This document shows positions 24,672 to 35,672 of a stretch of DNA of 64,000 bases, one piece after another. Position 1 is the stretch's first letter, and every line of letters begins with the position of its first letter. The notes under the pieces were generated by a model. That model searched no databases, was not told the DNA's origin, and worked only from the letters and a program-made list of their open reading frames with translations. The translations under genes were made by a program, and so were the position numbers. Source of the DNA: Octopus vulgaris (lineage: Eukaryota); assembly GCA_951406725.2 (NCBI GenBank), contig OX597821.1, positions 49,228,001 through 49,292,000 of the forward strand, in the 5' to 3' direction.

Positions 24672-27503
24672 TCAGGTGAAGTTTCGGCGGATTTCGGAAA
24701 GCATGAGGGCCTTAAAAGATGCAGTGTCATGGCAGTCAACAACTGACGCAGGCAGTTTATTCCATGCTTCAGCAACTCTGAGCGTGAAAAAATGTTTCCG
24801 AAAGTCATGGGAGCTGTATTGTTTTCTGACTTTGTAGGCATGTCCACGTGTGTTAGACACATGGAGATCAAAAAGGTGTTCAGTGTTGTTGTTGGTGAGG
24901 TGGTTGATAACTTTGTGGGTGTTTACCAAGTCCGTCGCCAAACGCCGGAGCTTCAGTGAATCCATGCCCAGGGAAACAAGGCGCTCAGAATATGGTAGGT
25001 GTCTGATGGAGGGTATGCGTTTGGTTGCACGTCTCTGGACAGATTCCAGGAGGTCAATGTTCTGTGCAAGATAGGGGTTCCAAACTGATGATGCGAATTC
25101 CAAGTGTGGTCGTACCATAGCTGTATACAGTTTTAAATAGATGGCTGGAGAGCGGCTAACAAAAGACCTGCTGAGTGATGCCAAGACACCCTCGGCCTTC
25201 CTGACAATCTTAGAGATATGCTTTGACCAACGCAAATCACTGCTGACAGTGATGCCTAGGTCACGCTCGCAAGAGGATTTCTTGATATCAGTGTTGTGGA
25301 GGGAGTATGTGAACGCAGGGTTTTTTCTCCCAAAATGCATGGTGGTACACTTGTCCACAGCCAGTTTCAGTTGCCAGTCTGTGATCCATTGCTGCATTGT
25401 GTCTAGGTCTGATTGCAGGAAAGAGTTGTAGACATCAGGATCTGTCCTCTTGATTTCAAGGTACAGCTTGATGTCGTCTGCATATTTCAATACTGTGGCA
25501 TTCTTTAAATTGGCATCTATGTCGTTAATGTATGCCACAAACAAGAGGGGGCCAAGGACAGATCCCTGTGGTACACCCGATGACATCTCATATGGTGTAG
25601 AGTGCTGTCCTAGAACTGTGACTACCTCCTTTCGGCTGAGGATGAAGGATTTCAACCAGTTAAAAAGGTCATCCCCCACACCCATTGCAGAGAGTTTCAC
25701 CATAAGCCTTTTGTGTGGCACAGAGTTGAAAGCCTTAGCAAAGTCAAGGTAGACAACATCCACCCATGAGCCACTGTCAGTAATCTGAGTAATGTCCTCA
25801 AGGAACTCGACAAGCTGGTCACTGCAGCTGGAGTTAGGGACAAATCCATATTGTGAGGGTCGGATGAGACTGTGAGAGCTCCAGAAGTTCCAGAGTGTTT
25901 CTCTGACACACGATTCCATCAGTTTTGCAATACAGCTAGTGAGACTGACTGGGCGATAGTTGACAGGTGATGTGCGGTCGCCCTTTTTGAACAGAGGAAT
26001 GACACTGGCAGTTTTCCACTGCTCCGGAGTAGCACCATTGTTGAGACAGTACTGGAAGAAAATAGAAAGCTGGTGTAAAAGGAAGTGCCTGCCACGTTTG
26101 AGAAGCAGGTATGTAACTCCATCGAGACCAGGGGAGGCATAGTTGCGCTTATTTTGAAGGTGACGTCGCAGCATTGCAGGTGTAAATTCCATAGTTGTTA
26201 TGGAGTTTGCTGTTAGTGATGGTGAAGATGGTACATTTTGACTTTCAACAGTGAATATGTTTGCATAGCACTCGGCAATGAGTTCTGCGCATTCCTTGGG
26301 GTCGTCAGTGATCTGGTTTGTGTGAGGGTTGCGAAGAGGGCCCACTGGAGAGTGAGGTCTCTGCTTTGAGTGCACATATTTCCAGAAAACCTTGCTGTCA
26401 GGATTGGCTGCTATGCACTGTTCAAATTCAAGCACTGCTTTTTTTGTCACTTGCTTGAGATGGTTGGAGGATTTATTCCGCTTCTTCCTGTTGGTGTCTG
26501 ATTTATGCAACCTGTATTCCCGTTCAGCAGTCCGACGTTCCCTCCTGGCAAGTCGGACCGCTGAAGTTTCCCAAATTGCCCTTTTGGGGCGGTTCTTCTT
26601 TTTTTGTTTACGTGGCACTGATGCTGCACATGCTGCCCATATTGAGTCCAGGATACTCTGGAGTATAGTATTCACATCTCCAGAGTTGTAGAATTCACGC
26701 CAGTTTGGGTGCTGTAGTTCAGTGTGGTACAGGTTCCAATCTGCTCTCTTCCAATCGAAGGAAGCAGATTGGAGATGGTTCAGGTTTTTGTTGCCCGCAA
26801 GAGCCAGATTGGCGATGATCATAGCATGATCAGAGTCACCTAGAGGTTCCTCCGTAGTGCAATTGATAACCGCTTCAGGAGTTGTGGTGAAGAGCAGGTC
26901 CAAGGTGTTGTCGCCTCTTGTTGGAGAGGTGACTACTTGTGACCAGTTTGAGTCCAGCACAAGCTCAACAAAATCGTTTGCACTCTGTGGCCAATGGAAG
27001 GTCTCCCAATCGATCTCAGGATGATTGAAATCGCCTGCAATAAACACATAAGTGGCTGTTTTCCTGGCAGCAGCTCGGAGGACATTGCAAAGCTGTGTGT
27101 CCCGATGGTAACTTGGGGGACGATAAACAACGCCAAGCAGGAGTGTTGACATGGTCATACGCACGTCACAGAAAAAAACTTCTTCTTGTGATTCGTTCAA
27201 ATCGGCACATGGAATTACCAAAAAATTTGAACGAACGTAGACCATCACACCACCACCACGGCGGTTAGTGCGGTCCTTACGGAAGAGGTTGTACCCCGTA
27301 ATGTTGAAAACCCCATCACAGAGTAAGGAATGCGCCCATGTTTCCGTGACAGTGATGAAGTCAGGGTCAACACTTCTGACGTAGGCGTTGAACAAATGTA
27401 TTTTGTTGCATAAACTGCGAGCATTTAAGGACAACAATTTGTACCCTGCTCGCAGTTTATGATGGTGTGTAGAGGATGGCAGGTTGTTCTGGCTTAGTTT
27501 CCC
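24672..27503 (-). CDS. CR1 ORF2: APE endonuclease plus reverse transcriptase (frame open back to the ORF1 end, no upstream AUG)
   Basis: LNARS, VTETW, GDFN, LDL, SDH (APE); NYRPVSL, LDFAKAF, GVPQGSVLGPLLF, YADD, RDLGI, RPHLEFAS.VW.P (RT); over 920 codons without a stop. Confidence 0.95.
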   Translation of the reverse strand, partial: GKLSQNNLPSSTHHHKLRAGYKLLSLNARSLCNKIHLFNAYVRSVDPDFITVTETWAHSLLCDGVFNITGYNLFRKDRTNRRGGGVMVYVRSNFLVIPCADLNESQEEVFFCDVRMTMSTLLLGVVYRPPSYHRDTQLCNVLRAAARKTATYVFIAGDFNHPEIDWETFHWPQSANDFVELVLDSNWSQVVTSPTRGDNTLDLLFTTTPEAVINCTTEEPLGDSDHAMIIANLALAGNKNLNHLQSASFDWKRADWNLYHTELQHPNWREFYNSGDVNTILQSILDSIWAACAASVPRKQKKKNRPKRAIWETSAVRLARRERRTAEREYRLHKSDTNRKKRNKSSNHLKQVTKKAVLEFEQCIAANPDSKVFWKYVHSKQRPHSPVGPLRNPHTNQITDDPKECAELIAECYANIFTVESQNVPSSPSLTANSITTMEFTPAMLRRHLQNKRNYASPGLDGVTYLLLKRGRHFLLHQLSIFFQYCLNNGATPEQWKTASVIPLFKKGDRTSPVNYRPVSLTSCIAKLMESCVRETLWNFWSSHSLIRPSQYGFVPNSSCSDQLVEFLEDITQITDSGSWVDVVYLDFAKAFNSVPHKRLMVKLSAMGVGDDLFNWLKSFILSRKEVVTVLGQHSTPYEMSSGVPQGSVLGPLLFVAYINDIDANLKNATVLKYADDIKLYLEIKRTDPDVYNSFLQSDLDTMQQWITDWQLKLAVDKCTTMHFGRKNPAFTYSLHNTDIKKSSCERDLGITVSSDLRWSKHISKIVRKAEGVLASLSRSFVSRSPAIYLKLYTAMVRPHLEFASSVWNPYLAQNIDLLESVQRRATKRIPSIRHLPYSERLVSLGMDSLKLRRLATDLVNTHKVINHLTNNNTEHLFDLHVSNTRGHAYKVRKQYSSHDFRKHFFTLRVAEAWNKLPASVVDCHDTASFKALMLSEIRRNFT

Positions 27504-28723
27504 TGAGTTGCTGTAGTTTTTTTAGTTATTGTGGGTAGAGAGCACTCAGACCAGCTGGTATCTCTCTTCCACGTTTCAGCAGTCTTGACAAATCTCCAGA
27601 TTTGTCCATCTTCCCGAAGACTGAAGCTTTCCTGTAGAGCTGAGTTCCTATTCAGGGAAGCCACTACACGTAGCTTTGGGCGTACATCGGATGGTAAGCC
27701 TGGGCGTGTTCGGAAGGTGGTCCGATTTTCCCGCCCAGCTTTAACTGAGGCCAGATGGTAAGAGGTTGCCTCAGTGGGGTCCGTAAAAGACAACTTGATG
27801 AGCCTAGGTTTTGGGCCAGGTCGTCCAAGGCGGATAGCACCCGTTGGGGGAACGCAGCCTAGGTCTTTGGCTGAGTTGGCAGCAAAAGCCTGAAGATCAG
27901 CCATGTCTTCTGGCACCCCAATGGCAATGACTTCATGGGTGGCAGAATCCGCGGTCTTAAATGCGACAAGAGGTACAGGTACAGGGAGGTTCTTTAGCAG
28001 AGCATTCCGATAAGACCCCTCATTGTGGAGTCCAACCTGAATGGTTGCTTTTATTCCTGCTACTTCCCCTTTTAAAGCACAGATCGATTGTTGCAGTTCT
28101 GCAAGAACCGCACTGGTCAATTGGTGTTGTTGTTGTTGCTGCTGTTGCTCTGGTTGTGGTTGATTTTGTTGTTGCTGCTGTTGTTGTTGATGTTGTTGTT
28201 GCTGCTGCTCTGGTTGTGGTTGATTTTGTTGTTGCTGCTGCTCTGGTTGTGGTTGATTTTGTTGTTGCTGCTGCTGCTGCTCTAGTTGTTGCTGCTGCTG
28301 TTGTTGTTGCTGTTGTTGTTGCTGCTGCTCTGGTTGTGGTTGATTTTGTTGTTGCTGCTGTTGCTGTTCCGCCTCCTCCACGGGAGTGGCAGGGGGAGAC
28401 ACAATCGTCGGTTGTGGAGGCACGCAGGCCTGACACTGAAAAGTCCAAGATTTAAGCTGAACCATCTTCCAGAGTCTATCCATCATAGCATTATGATGGC
28501 TCTTTTTTTGGCCTGGGATCTTCTGAAAGTCCGTGGCACATTGGAGGCAGACAGAGATGAGACATGTCCCACATTCGACCCAGCGATTACGGAACGTATT
28601 TTCGGGTTCCGTACAGATGTGGCAGGTGTGATTTTCTGGGCAGTGTTCTATTTTAGAGCAGCGACCAGTCTTATCGCACGCCGCTATGGATTTCACCATG
28701 GCGATTCTGTTGGTACTGGTCAT
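27494..28723 (-). CDS. CR1 ORF1: PHD-like finger, polyQ tract, coiled coil, RRM-like C-terminus
   Basis: CHIC-x13-CGTC-x4-C-x2-C...CQAC; LAELQQSICALKGEVAGIK; VIAIGVPE, RLGR..KPRLIKLSF typical of CR1/L2 ORF1. Confidence 0.88.
   Translation of the reverse strand: MTSTNRIAMVKSIAACDKTGRCSKIEHCPENHTCHICTEPENTFRNRWVECGTCLISVCLQCATDFQKIPGQKKSHHNAMMDRLWKMVQLKSWTFQCQACVPPQPTIVSPPATPVEEAEQQQQQQQNQPQPEQQQQQQQQQQQQQQLEQQQQQQQNQPQPEQQQQQNQPQPEQQQQQHQQQQQQQQNQPQPEQQQQQQQHQLTSAVLAELQQSICALKGEVAGIKATIQVGLHNEGSYRNALLKNLPVPVPLVAFKTADSATHEVIAIGVPEDMADLQAFAANSAKDLGCVPPTGAIRLGRPGPKPRLIKLSFTDPTEATSYHLASVKAGRENRTTFRTRPGLPSDVRPKLRVVASLNRNSALQESFSLREDGQIWRFVKTAETWKRDTSWSECSLPTITKKTTATQGN
28125..28368 (-). repeat. 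Coding CAA/CAG repeat with recurring NQPQPE spacer
   Basis: Directly visible: four NQPQPE units separated by Q runs. Confidence 0.95.
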
Positions 28724-29374
28724 CCGTAGAGACAGAAAATGTAAACAACAATACGATAAAAGTAAAATATAAAATATTTGTTTTTGATTCGTTCTTTTTT
28801 GTGTATATTCCTTGTTCTTAAATATTGCGTGTGTATATACACATGTTTCGTTCTTTTTTGTGTATATTCCTTTTTTTCTTAAATATTGCGTGTGTATACA
28901 TAAAAGTATTTGTGCGTATAGACACGGAGAAAGTTTGTAAACAGAAATGAAATTTTTGATTTTTTTGCAGTGTAGTCCGTCACATTAAATAGTGTGATTT
29001 ATTTTCACTCTGCACGTATATACATGTGTGCTACAAGTATCTATGTATGTATGTATGTCACTGCTTTATAAATTTTGGACGTACTTACTGAATCGTTCAA
29101 CGATTTCTTTACCCTCAACTACACGTGGTGAATTCTTCCATTGTAGATCTGTGGTGGTCATCGTCGTAATATTTTCTCTTTAGTTTCGCCAAATTGATTA
29201 TACCCTAATCAAACCATTTGTTTGTCTACTTGTGAATGTGTCTTTGTTTTAGTAACATTGTATTTTCCTCCTTTTCCTTTTTCATTCCCATATTATATGG
29301 ATTCGGTGGACAGCTACTCTAAGACTCTGTATCATGACATGTTATTCTGGGTGCAATGGACCACCTATGTAAAG

Positions 29375-30940
29375 TAGGCAAGGCCATAGAGTCCCCCATG
29401 TACGAGACGGTGACAGGAGCAAAAGTTAATCGCGAAAAGTCAGTCGGCTTGCAACTCGGCACCTGGAGAGGCAAGTCGATGCCTCTGACAGCGTCGTGGG
29501 ACGTTGGACGGAGGGTCCGATTAAACTGCTAGGGGTCTGGTTCGGTCCAGACCTCCAAATAGACTGAAACAAGGTAACGAGCAAGGTGGCTAAGTAGCCA
29601 AGACCTGGTCTTGGCGGTGGCTATCCCTGAAAGGGAGGGCGGAGGTGGCCAATGTGTTTATCGCATCGGTTATCACCTACCGCCTTTCCGTCGTTCCTTG
29701 CCCTGATTCGTGGTTGATCAAGTTGGAAAGACAGCTCTTCTACTTCTTGTGGAAGGGCGGGAAACCACTTGTGAAACGCTCTACTTGCTGTCAACAACCG
29801 TTAAAGGGTGGGCTAGGGATGCCTTGGCTGATGATGCGCAGACATGCGCTGAGGTTAAGACATCTGTGGCTCTACCTGGATGGTGAACGGGTGTGGTCTT
29901 CTAGCAAAACTGATGTTTCCCAAGTTCACTAGTTTCGGTGGATGGGAAACCTGGCTGAATCGTAGATCGAAACCCAGAACTTGGTACTTGGTACACGGAG
30001 TGTCGCAAGGCTCTCCTGCTATTCCGTCGCTCGGGCAACGCGCTGCGGTGGGGGTTCCACCACTTTCTTCTCATAGAGGGTTGGTAGAGGCGGAATGTGA
30101 AGATACCTTGGGGGAAACCCTAGGTCTCGACGATAACCAGCTGGCCAGTCTGTTCCGACGTACGTTCGAGCCAAGGACACTGGACAACTTCCAGAAGTCT
30201 CTGGCATGGCAATGCTACAGAGGAGCTCTACCTGTTCGGGATAAACTCGCAAGGCACGGTGGCCAAGACAGTCCGATATGTCCAAGATGCGGGCGGGATA
30301 GGGAAACCGTCCCGCACGCGATTGTTCATTGTCCGGACGTGTCTGGAGGTGTGGGTTTATGCCGAACACCTGTTGTCAGGTACACGAAGAGTACAGCTGT
30401 CGACTGAGTCGATTACAAAAATTGACCACACCGGATTTCCTCGTGAATGAAGGTAAGTTTCGTTTTCTCGTTGTAGTAGCAATCGCGAAAGAGGTGATAT
30501 GGAAGACGAGAATGAAAGGTTTACAGTCAGGCAAGTTCATCTCCGGCCCTGGTTTGATGAATTATCTTCATCTTTCACCTGAAAAGGAAGAAAGGGCTGG
30601 ATTTTATGTCAGATATGCCATTTTAACAATAAAAATAATGAAGAACGATGGAAGGATATGTAGCACGGAAGTAATGCGAATTAGAATCAAACATAAATGT
30701 AATACCAAGTGCAACCAAAAGTATCAGTGGGGAGGCGGGGCAATTGGGGTCCGAGCTAAACCCGCACCCACTTCACCCGATTTGAACTCCGGTCTGTCCT
30801 ATCACTCGATTTCTGTCCATTTATTGTTATTCATGAAAATTTTTAAACCCGATTTAATAAAAACCCATTCGTTTGTCTGACCCCATCATCAGAATGTATT
30901 GTCCCATCTGTGTTCGCCCCTTGTAGGGTAATAATAAAAC
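29375..30940 (+). mobile_element. Tx1/L1-clade LINE 3' portion, frameshifted
   Basis: GAKVN..KS, LGVWFG, LSLKGR, FLWKG, GGLGMP, CPRC-x7-H-x4-C zinc knuckle; AATAAA near 30933. Confidence 0.85.
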
Positions 30941-31701
30941 AACATGGAGGAAAGCACCTTCGAAAAGTGTCTTGGTGTGACTATGAAAGGTATCTAATCA
31001 GAGGCAGTAAATTCGCCACAATAGAAGCAAGGTTCGAGTCAACGGAGTGTGCAAGGGAGTACTCGACTCAAACTTGCAAAGTGGAAATATTTTATTTTTA
31101 CCTTTATATCTGGGACGTAGGACATCCCGCAAAAAATTTTTAATTGCCCCCCCCCCCCGAGTAGGGGTAGGCTGGATTGTAGCCACACCTCTATACCAGA
31201 GGGCGGACAAGATACAATTGATCGAAATTGCAAGAGACGGGCTAACAATTCCTGTGTGTTATATATTTTGAGTATTGTTATCACTAGCGATATCAAGATA
31301 TAACTTTGTATTTTGTATTTTATGTGTAGATGTATATATATAGATGTACATGTAATATGTACACATATATATACACATATATACAAGCACTAGCACTATG
31401 ACCCAGCAACGACAGGTCTTTAATGCTAGTATATATATACACACACACACATATATATATGTATATACATATATATATACACCATCATCATCATATGTTA
31501 AACGATGATGATGTATATATGTGTATATACATATATATATTATATGTGTATATATATGTATATATGTGTTTGTGTATATAATATATATGTGTATGTATAT
31601 ACTCTATCGGTTTCTTTCGCCGAACCGCTAAGTTACAGGGACGTAAACACACCAGCATTATTGTCAAAAGATGTTGGTGGTGGTGGTGGGGACAAACACA
31701 C

Positions 31702-31754
<53 letters not shown>

Positions 31755-31758
<4 letters not shown>

Positions 31759-32657
31759 CCTTCCTTCTTGTGACACTTGTGAAGACCTGTGAAGACCTGT
31801 TGAGGCAAGTGAAAATCAAATCAAATCAAATCAAAATAGATGAACATCAATGGAATTTGTATCTTTGTGGTACCAGTGCCGGTGGCACACAAGAAAACCA
31901 TCCGAACGTGGCCGTAGCCAGTACCGCATCGACTGGCCTCCGTGCTGTAGGCACGTAACAAACACCATCCGATCGTGGCCGTTCGCCAGCCTCATCTGGC
32001 ACCTGTGTCGGTGGCACATAAAAACACCATCCGAAGACCCGGCAAGACTAGTCAGGCCATAACCCGTGGCCCCTACCTGGGACGTAGTCAGTCCACCTGT
32101 GCATACCTTCCTTCTTGTGACACTTGTGAAGACCTGTTGAGGCAAGTGAAAATCAAATCAAAACAAATCAAAATAGATGAACATCAATGGAATTTGTATC
32201 TTTGTGGTACCAGTGCCGGTGGCACACAAGAAAATCATCCGAACGTGGCCGTAGCCAGTACCGCATAGACTGGCCTCCGTGCTTTGGGGACGTAACAAAC
32301 ACCATCCAATCGTGGCCGTCCGCCAGCCTCATCTGGCACCTGTGTCGGTGGCACATAAAAACACCATCCGAGCGTGGCCGTCTGCCAGCCTCGTCTGGCA
32401 CCTGTGTCGGTGGCACATAAAAACACCATCCGAGCGTGGCCGTTCGCCAGCCTCGTCTGGCACCTGTGTCGGTGGCACATAAAATCACCCACTACACTCT
32501 CGGAGTGGTTGGCGTTAGGAAGGGCATCCAGCTGTAGAAACACTGCCAGATCTGACTGGCCTGGTGCAGCCTTCGGGCTCCCCAGACCCCAGTTGAACCG
32601 TCCAACCCATGCTAGCATGGAAAACGGACGCTAAATGATGATGATGATGATGATGAT
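31755..32657 (+). mobile_element. RTE 3' UTR fragment with internal tandem duplications
   Basis: About 337-bp period duplication plus three about 61-bp tandem units; conserved terminus and (GAT)n. Confidence 0.85.
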
Positions 32658-32877
32658 ATATATATACATATATACATATATACATACACATATATTTATG
32701 TATGTATATATATCTTTAATAGAAAATAGAGAAAACCTCAGATTAACAAACACATTTATAGCTTATTTTTTAATAGAAAGCATGACATAACAAATATTAC
32801 ATATATGTGTGTGTGTGTGTATATATGTGTATATGTATATGTGCGTGTGTGTATATATATATATATATATATCTATA

Positions 32878-33022
32878 TATAAGGTTGTCCCAAAAGTTTG
32901 TAGAAAGTCTTGGAAAATAATGGTCTTTATTTTGAGGAATAATTTTTGTTGTTTTTGTTAGTACTTGGCGAGTAAAAATTCAATTTTCGCAAGTGTTTAC
33001 GAACTTTTGGGACAACCTAATA
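32878..33022. mobile_element. Mariner-type MITE (about 145 bp)
   Basis: TIRs tataaggttgtcccaaaagtttgta / tacgaacttttgggacaacctaata (23/25), TA ends. Confidence 0.8.
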
Positions 33023-33069
33023 TTTATATGTATATATATGTTATATATGTGTATCTCTCTCTATATATA

Positions 33070-33285
33070 CTCTTTTACTTGTTTCAGTCATTTGACTGCG
33101 GCCATGCTGGAGCACTGCCTTTAATCGAGTAACTCGACCCCGGGACTTATTCTTTTGTAAGCCCAGTACTTATTCTATCGGTCTCTTTTGCCGAACTGCT
33201 AAGTAACGGGGACATAGACACACCAGCATCAGTTGTCAAGCAATGCTACAGGGACAAACACAGACATACAAACACACACACACAC
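33070..33285 (-). mobile_element. SINE family A 3' half (5' part probably at 34383-34440, split by an RTE insertion)
   Basis: Identity with 5672-5890; matching upstream part resumes after the RTE fragment. Confidence 0.75.
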
Positions 33286-33287
33286 AC

Positions 33288-34380
33288 ATCATCATCATCA
33301 TCATCATCGTTTAACGTCCGTTCTCCATGCTAGCATGGGTTGGACGGTTTGACCAGGGTTCTGGGAAGCCAGGAGGCTGCACCAGGCTCCAGTCTAATCT
33401 GGCAATGTTTCTACAGCTGGATGCCCTTCCTAACGCCAACCACTCCGTGAGTGTAGTGGGTGCTTTTTACGTGCCACCTGCACAGGTGCCAGGCGGGGCT
33501 GGCAACGGCCACGGTCAGATTGGTGTATTTTATGTGCCACCGGCACGGAAGCCAGTCGAGGCGGTGCTGGCATCGGCCACGAGTCGGATAGTGCTTTTTA
33601 CGTACCACCAGACCAGGGATCCTGGCTGGTTCAATTCGATTTCGATTTCGATTTCGCTTGCCCCAACATGTCTTCACAAGCAAAGGGGTTGGCATGGGTG
33701 CCTGTCGTACGGTCGCATTGGAGTATTTTACGTGCCACGGCCGCGAGTCGGATAGTGCTTTTTACGTACCACCAGACCAGGGATCCTGGCTGGTTCAATT
33801 CGATTTCGATTTCCCCAACATGTCTTCACAAGCAAAGGGGGGTTGGCATGGGTGCCTGTCGTACGGTCGCATTGGAGTATTTTACGTGCCACGGCCACGA
33901 GTCGGATAGTGCTTTTTACGTACCACCAGGCCAGGGATCCTGGCTGGTTCAATTCGGTTTCGATTTCGATTTCCCCAACATGTCTTCGCAAGCATGGGGG
34001 GTTGGCATGGGTGTCTGTCGTCGGGTGAGGTTCTATATCGACTTCGCTTGCCTCAACCGGTCTTTGTGTCCAAGGGAGGAAAGGCATTCATAAGTGGGCT
34101 GGGCTCACTTGTCCTGCCTGGTCTTCTCACGTACAGAATATTTCCAAAGGTCTCGGTCGCTGGTCATTTCCTCAGTGAGGCCTAAAGTTCGAAGGTCGTG
34201 CTTCACCACCTCGTCCCAGGTTTTCCTGGGTCTACCTCTTCCACGGGTTCCCTCAACTGCTAGGGATTGGCACTTTCTCACACACCCATCTTCATCCATT
34301 CTCGCCACATGACCATACCAGCGCAATCGTCTCTCTTGCACACCACAACTGATGCTTCTTAGGTACAACATTTCTCTCAA
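33288..34380 (-). mobile_element. RTE LINE 3' fragment with three about 155-bp tandem UTR repeats
   Basis: RRLRWYGHV, RGRPRKTW; repeated gagtcggatagtgctttttacgtaccaccag unit. Confidence 0.88.
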
Positions 34381-34556
34381 ATACGACGGGCTTCTTTCAG
34401 TTTCCGTCTACCAAATCCACTCACAAGGCTTTGGTCAGCCTTCGTGGAGCTTAGGTGTTTTCGCTCAATAAACACTCACAATGATTGGTCTGGGAATCGA
34501 AACCGCAATCCTACGACCGTGAGTCCACTGTCCTAACTCCTAGGCCTTTGCGCCTC

Positions 34557-34731
<175 letters not shown>

Positions 34732-34777
34732 GTATATATATATGTATATATATATGTATATATATATGTATGTATAT

Positions 34778-35672
34778 AACTTAGAAGAATAACTTAGAAA
34801 GGTTTTTGGCCAGTATTGGCCCAGGCCATGTCTAACTTAATAGCACCACCTGGCGAAGTCTTTCAGTTCAGGATTTGGGCACCAAGGCCCATTCGAGCAG
34901 AGAGTTATTGTTTGCGGAGACATATCCGGGTGTGGGTGGTTTGTCCGGTACTGTTTGAAGGAATTTGTCCAAAGACTTCTTGAATTTTGTGTGGTCAGTT
35001 TCTTTTTGACGTGTCCTGGTGTAATGTTGAAGAGAGCGGGTCCAATTGAGGTGAAATAGTTGTGCCGTATTGTCGTTATGTGATGCGATTTAGATTTTTG
35101 TTGTGGACGGATGGCACGTGGTCCAAGCCTTGGATGCATTTTGAAGGTGATGCCAACATCATTCGGACAGTGCTGATGGAATATTTTCCACATCATACAG
35201 ATAATGTAGCGTTCACGGCGTCGTTGGAGTGAATACAATTTCAGCTTCTCTAGTCTACCCCAGTAGTCAAGGTCTGACATGCCATCTATCTTTTTTGTGA
35301 TTGACCTTTGGGGAGCTTCAATTCTCATAATATTTTGTTTTGTGTAGGGAGACCACAGTGGACAGCAGTATTCAAGGTGGGGTCGGGCAAAAGTGGAGAA
35401 GAGAAGGATAATAGCGTGGGAATCTCTCGACTGGAAGGTTCTGAGAATCCAGGAACACATTCTGCGGGCCATGTCAACTTTGCTGCTTATATGTGTAGCC
35501 CAGCTTATGTTGTTGTCCACTGTTACTCCCAGGTCTCTGATGTTGTTGGATGCCATAAGAATTTCTCCAGAAGGAAGAGAGTATGGGAGTTTCAGAGCGT
35601 CCTCCCTTCCAAAGTGGATCAGTTCAAATTTGTCTTCATTTAGCAACATGTTATTCTTTTCCGCCCATTGGA
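34778..35672 (-). mobile_element. CR1-clade LINE 3' fragment (different family from the 24.6-kb element)
   Basis: [41 protein letters not shown]; short tandem tail aacttagaa. Confidence 0.9.

Larger units (their letters stand above)
24600..29250 (-). mobile_element. Apparently full-length CR1-clade LINE (5' end approximate)
   Basis: Two uninterrupted ORFs, short 3' UTR, (ATT)n tail at 24601-24623, AT-rich 5' UTR with an about 70-bp tandem duplication near 28787-28900. Confidence 0.88.

Noticed and set aside
27961-28729. Poly-Leu, poly-Val/Ala and poly-Thr ORFs
   Set aside because: Alternative frames and antisense of the CAA/CAG tract in CR1 ORF1.
32310-32490. CRISPR-like periodic repeats
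   Set aside because: Whole units repeat with no unique spacers, inside a eukaryotic LINE UTR; no cas genes.
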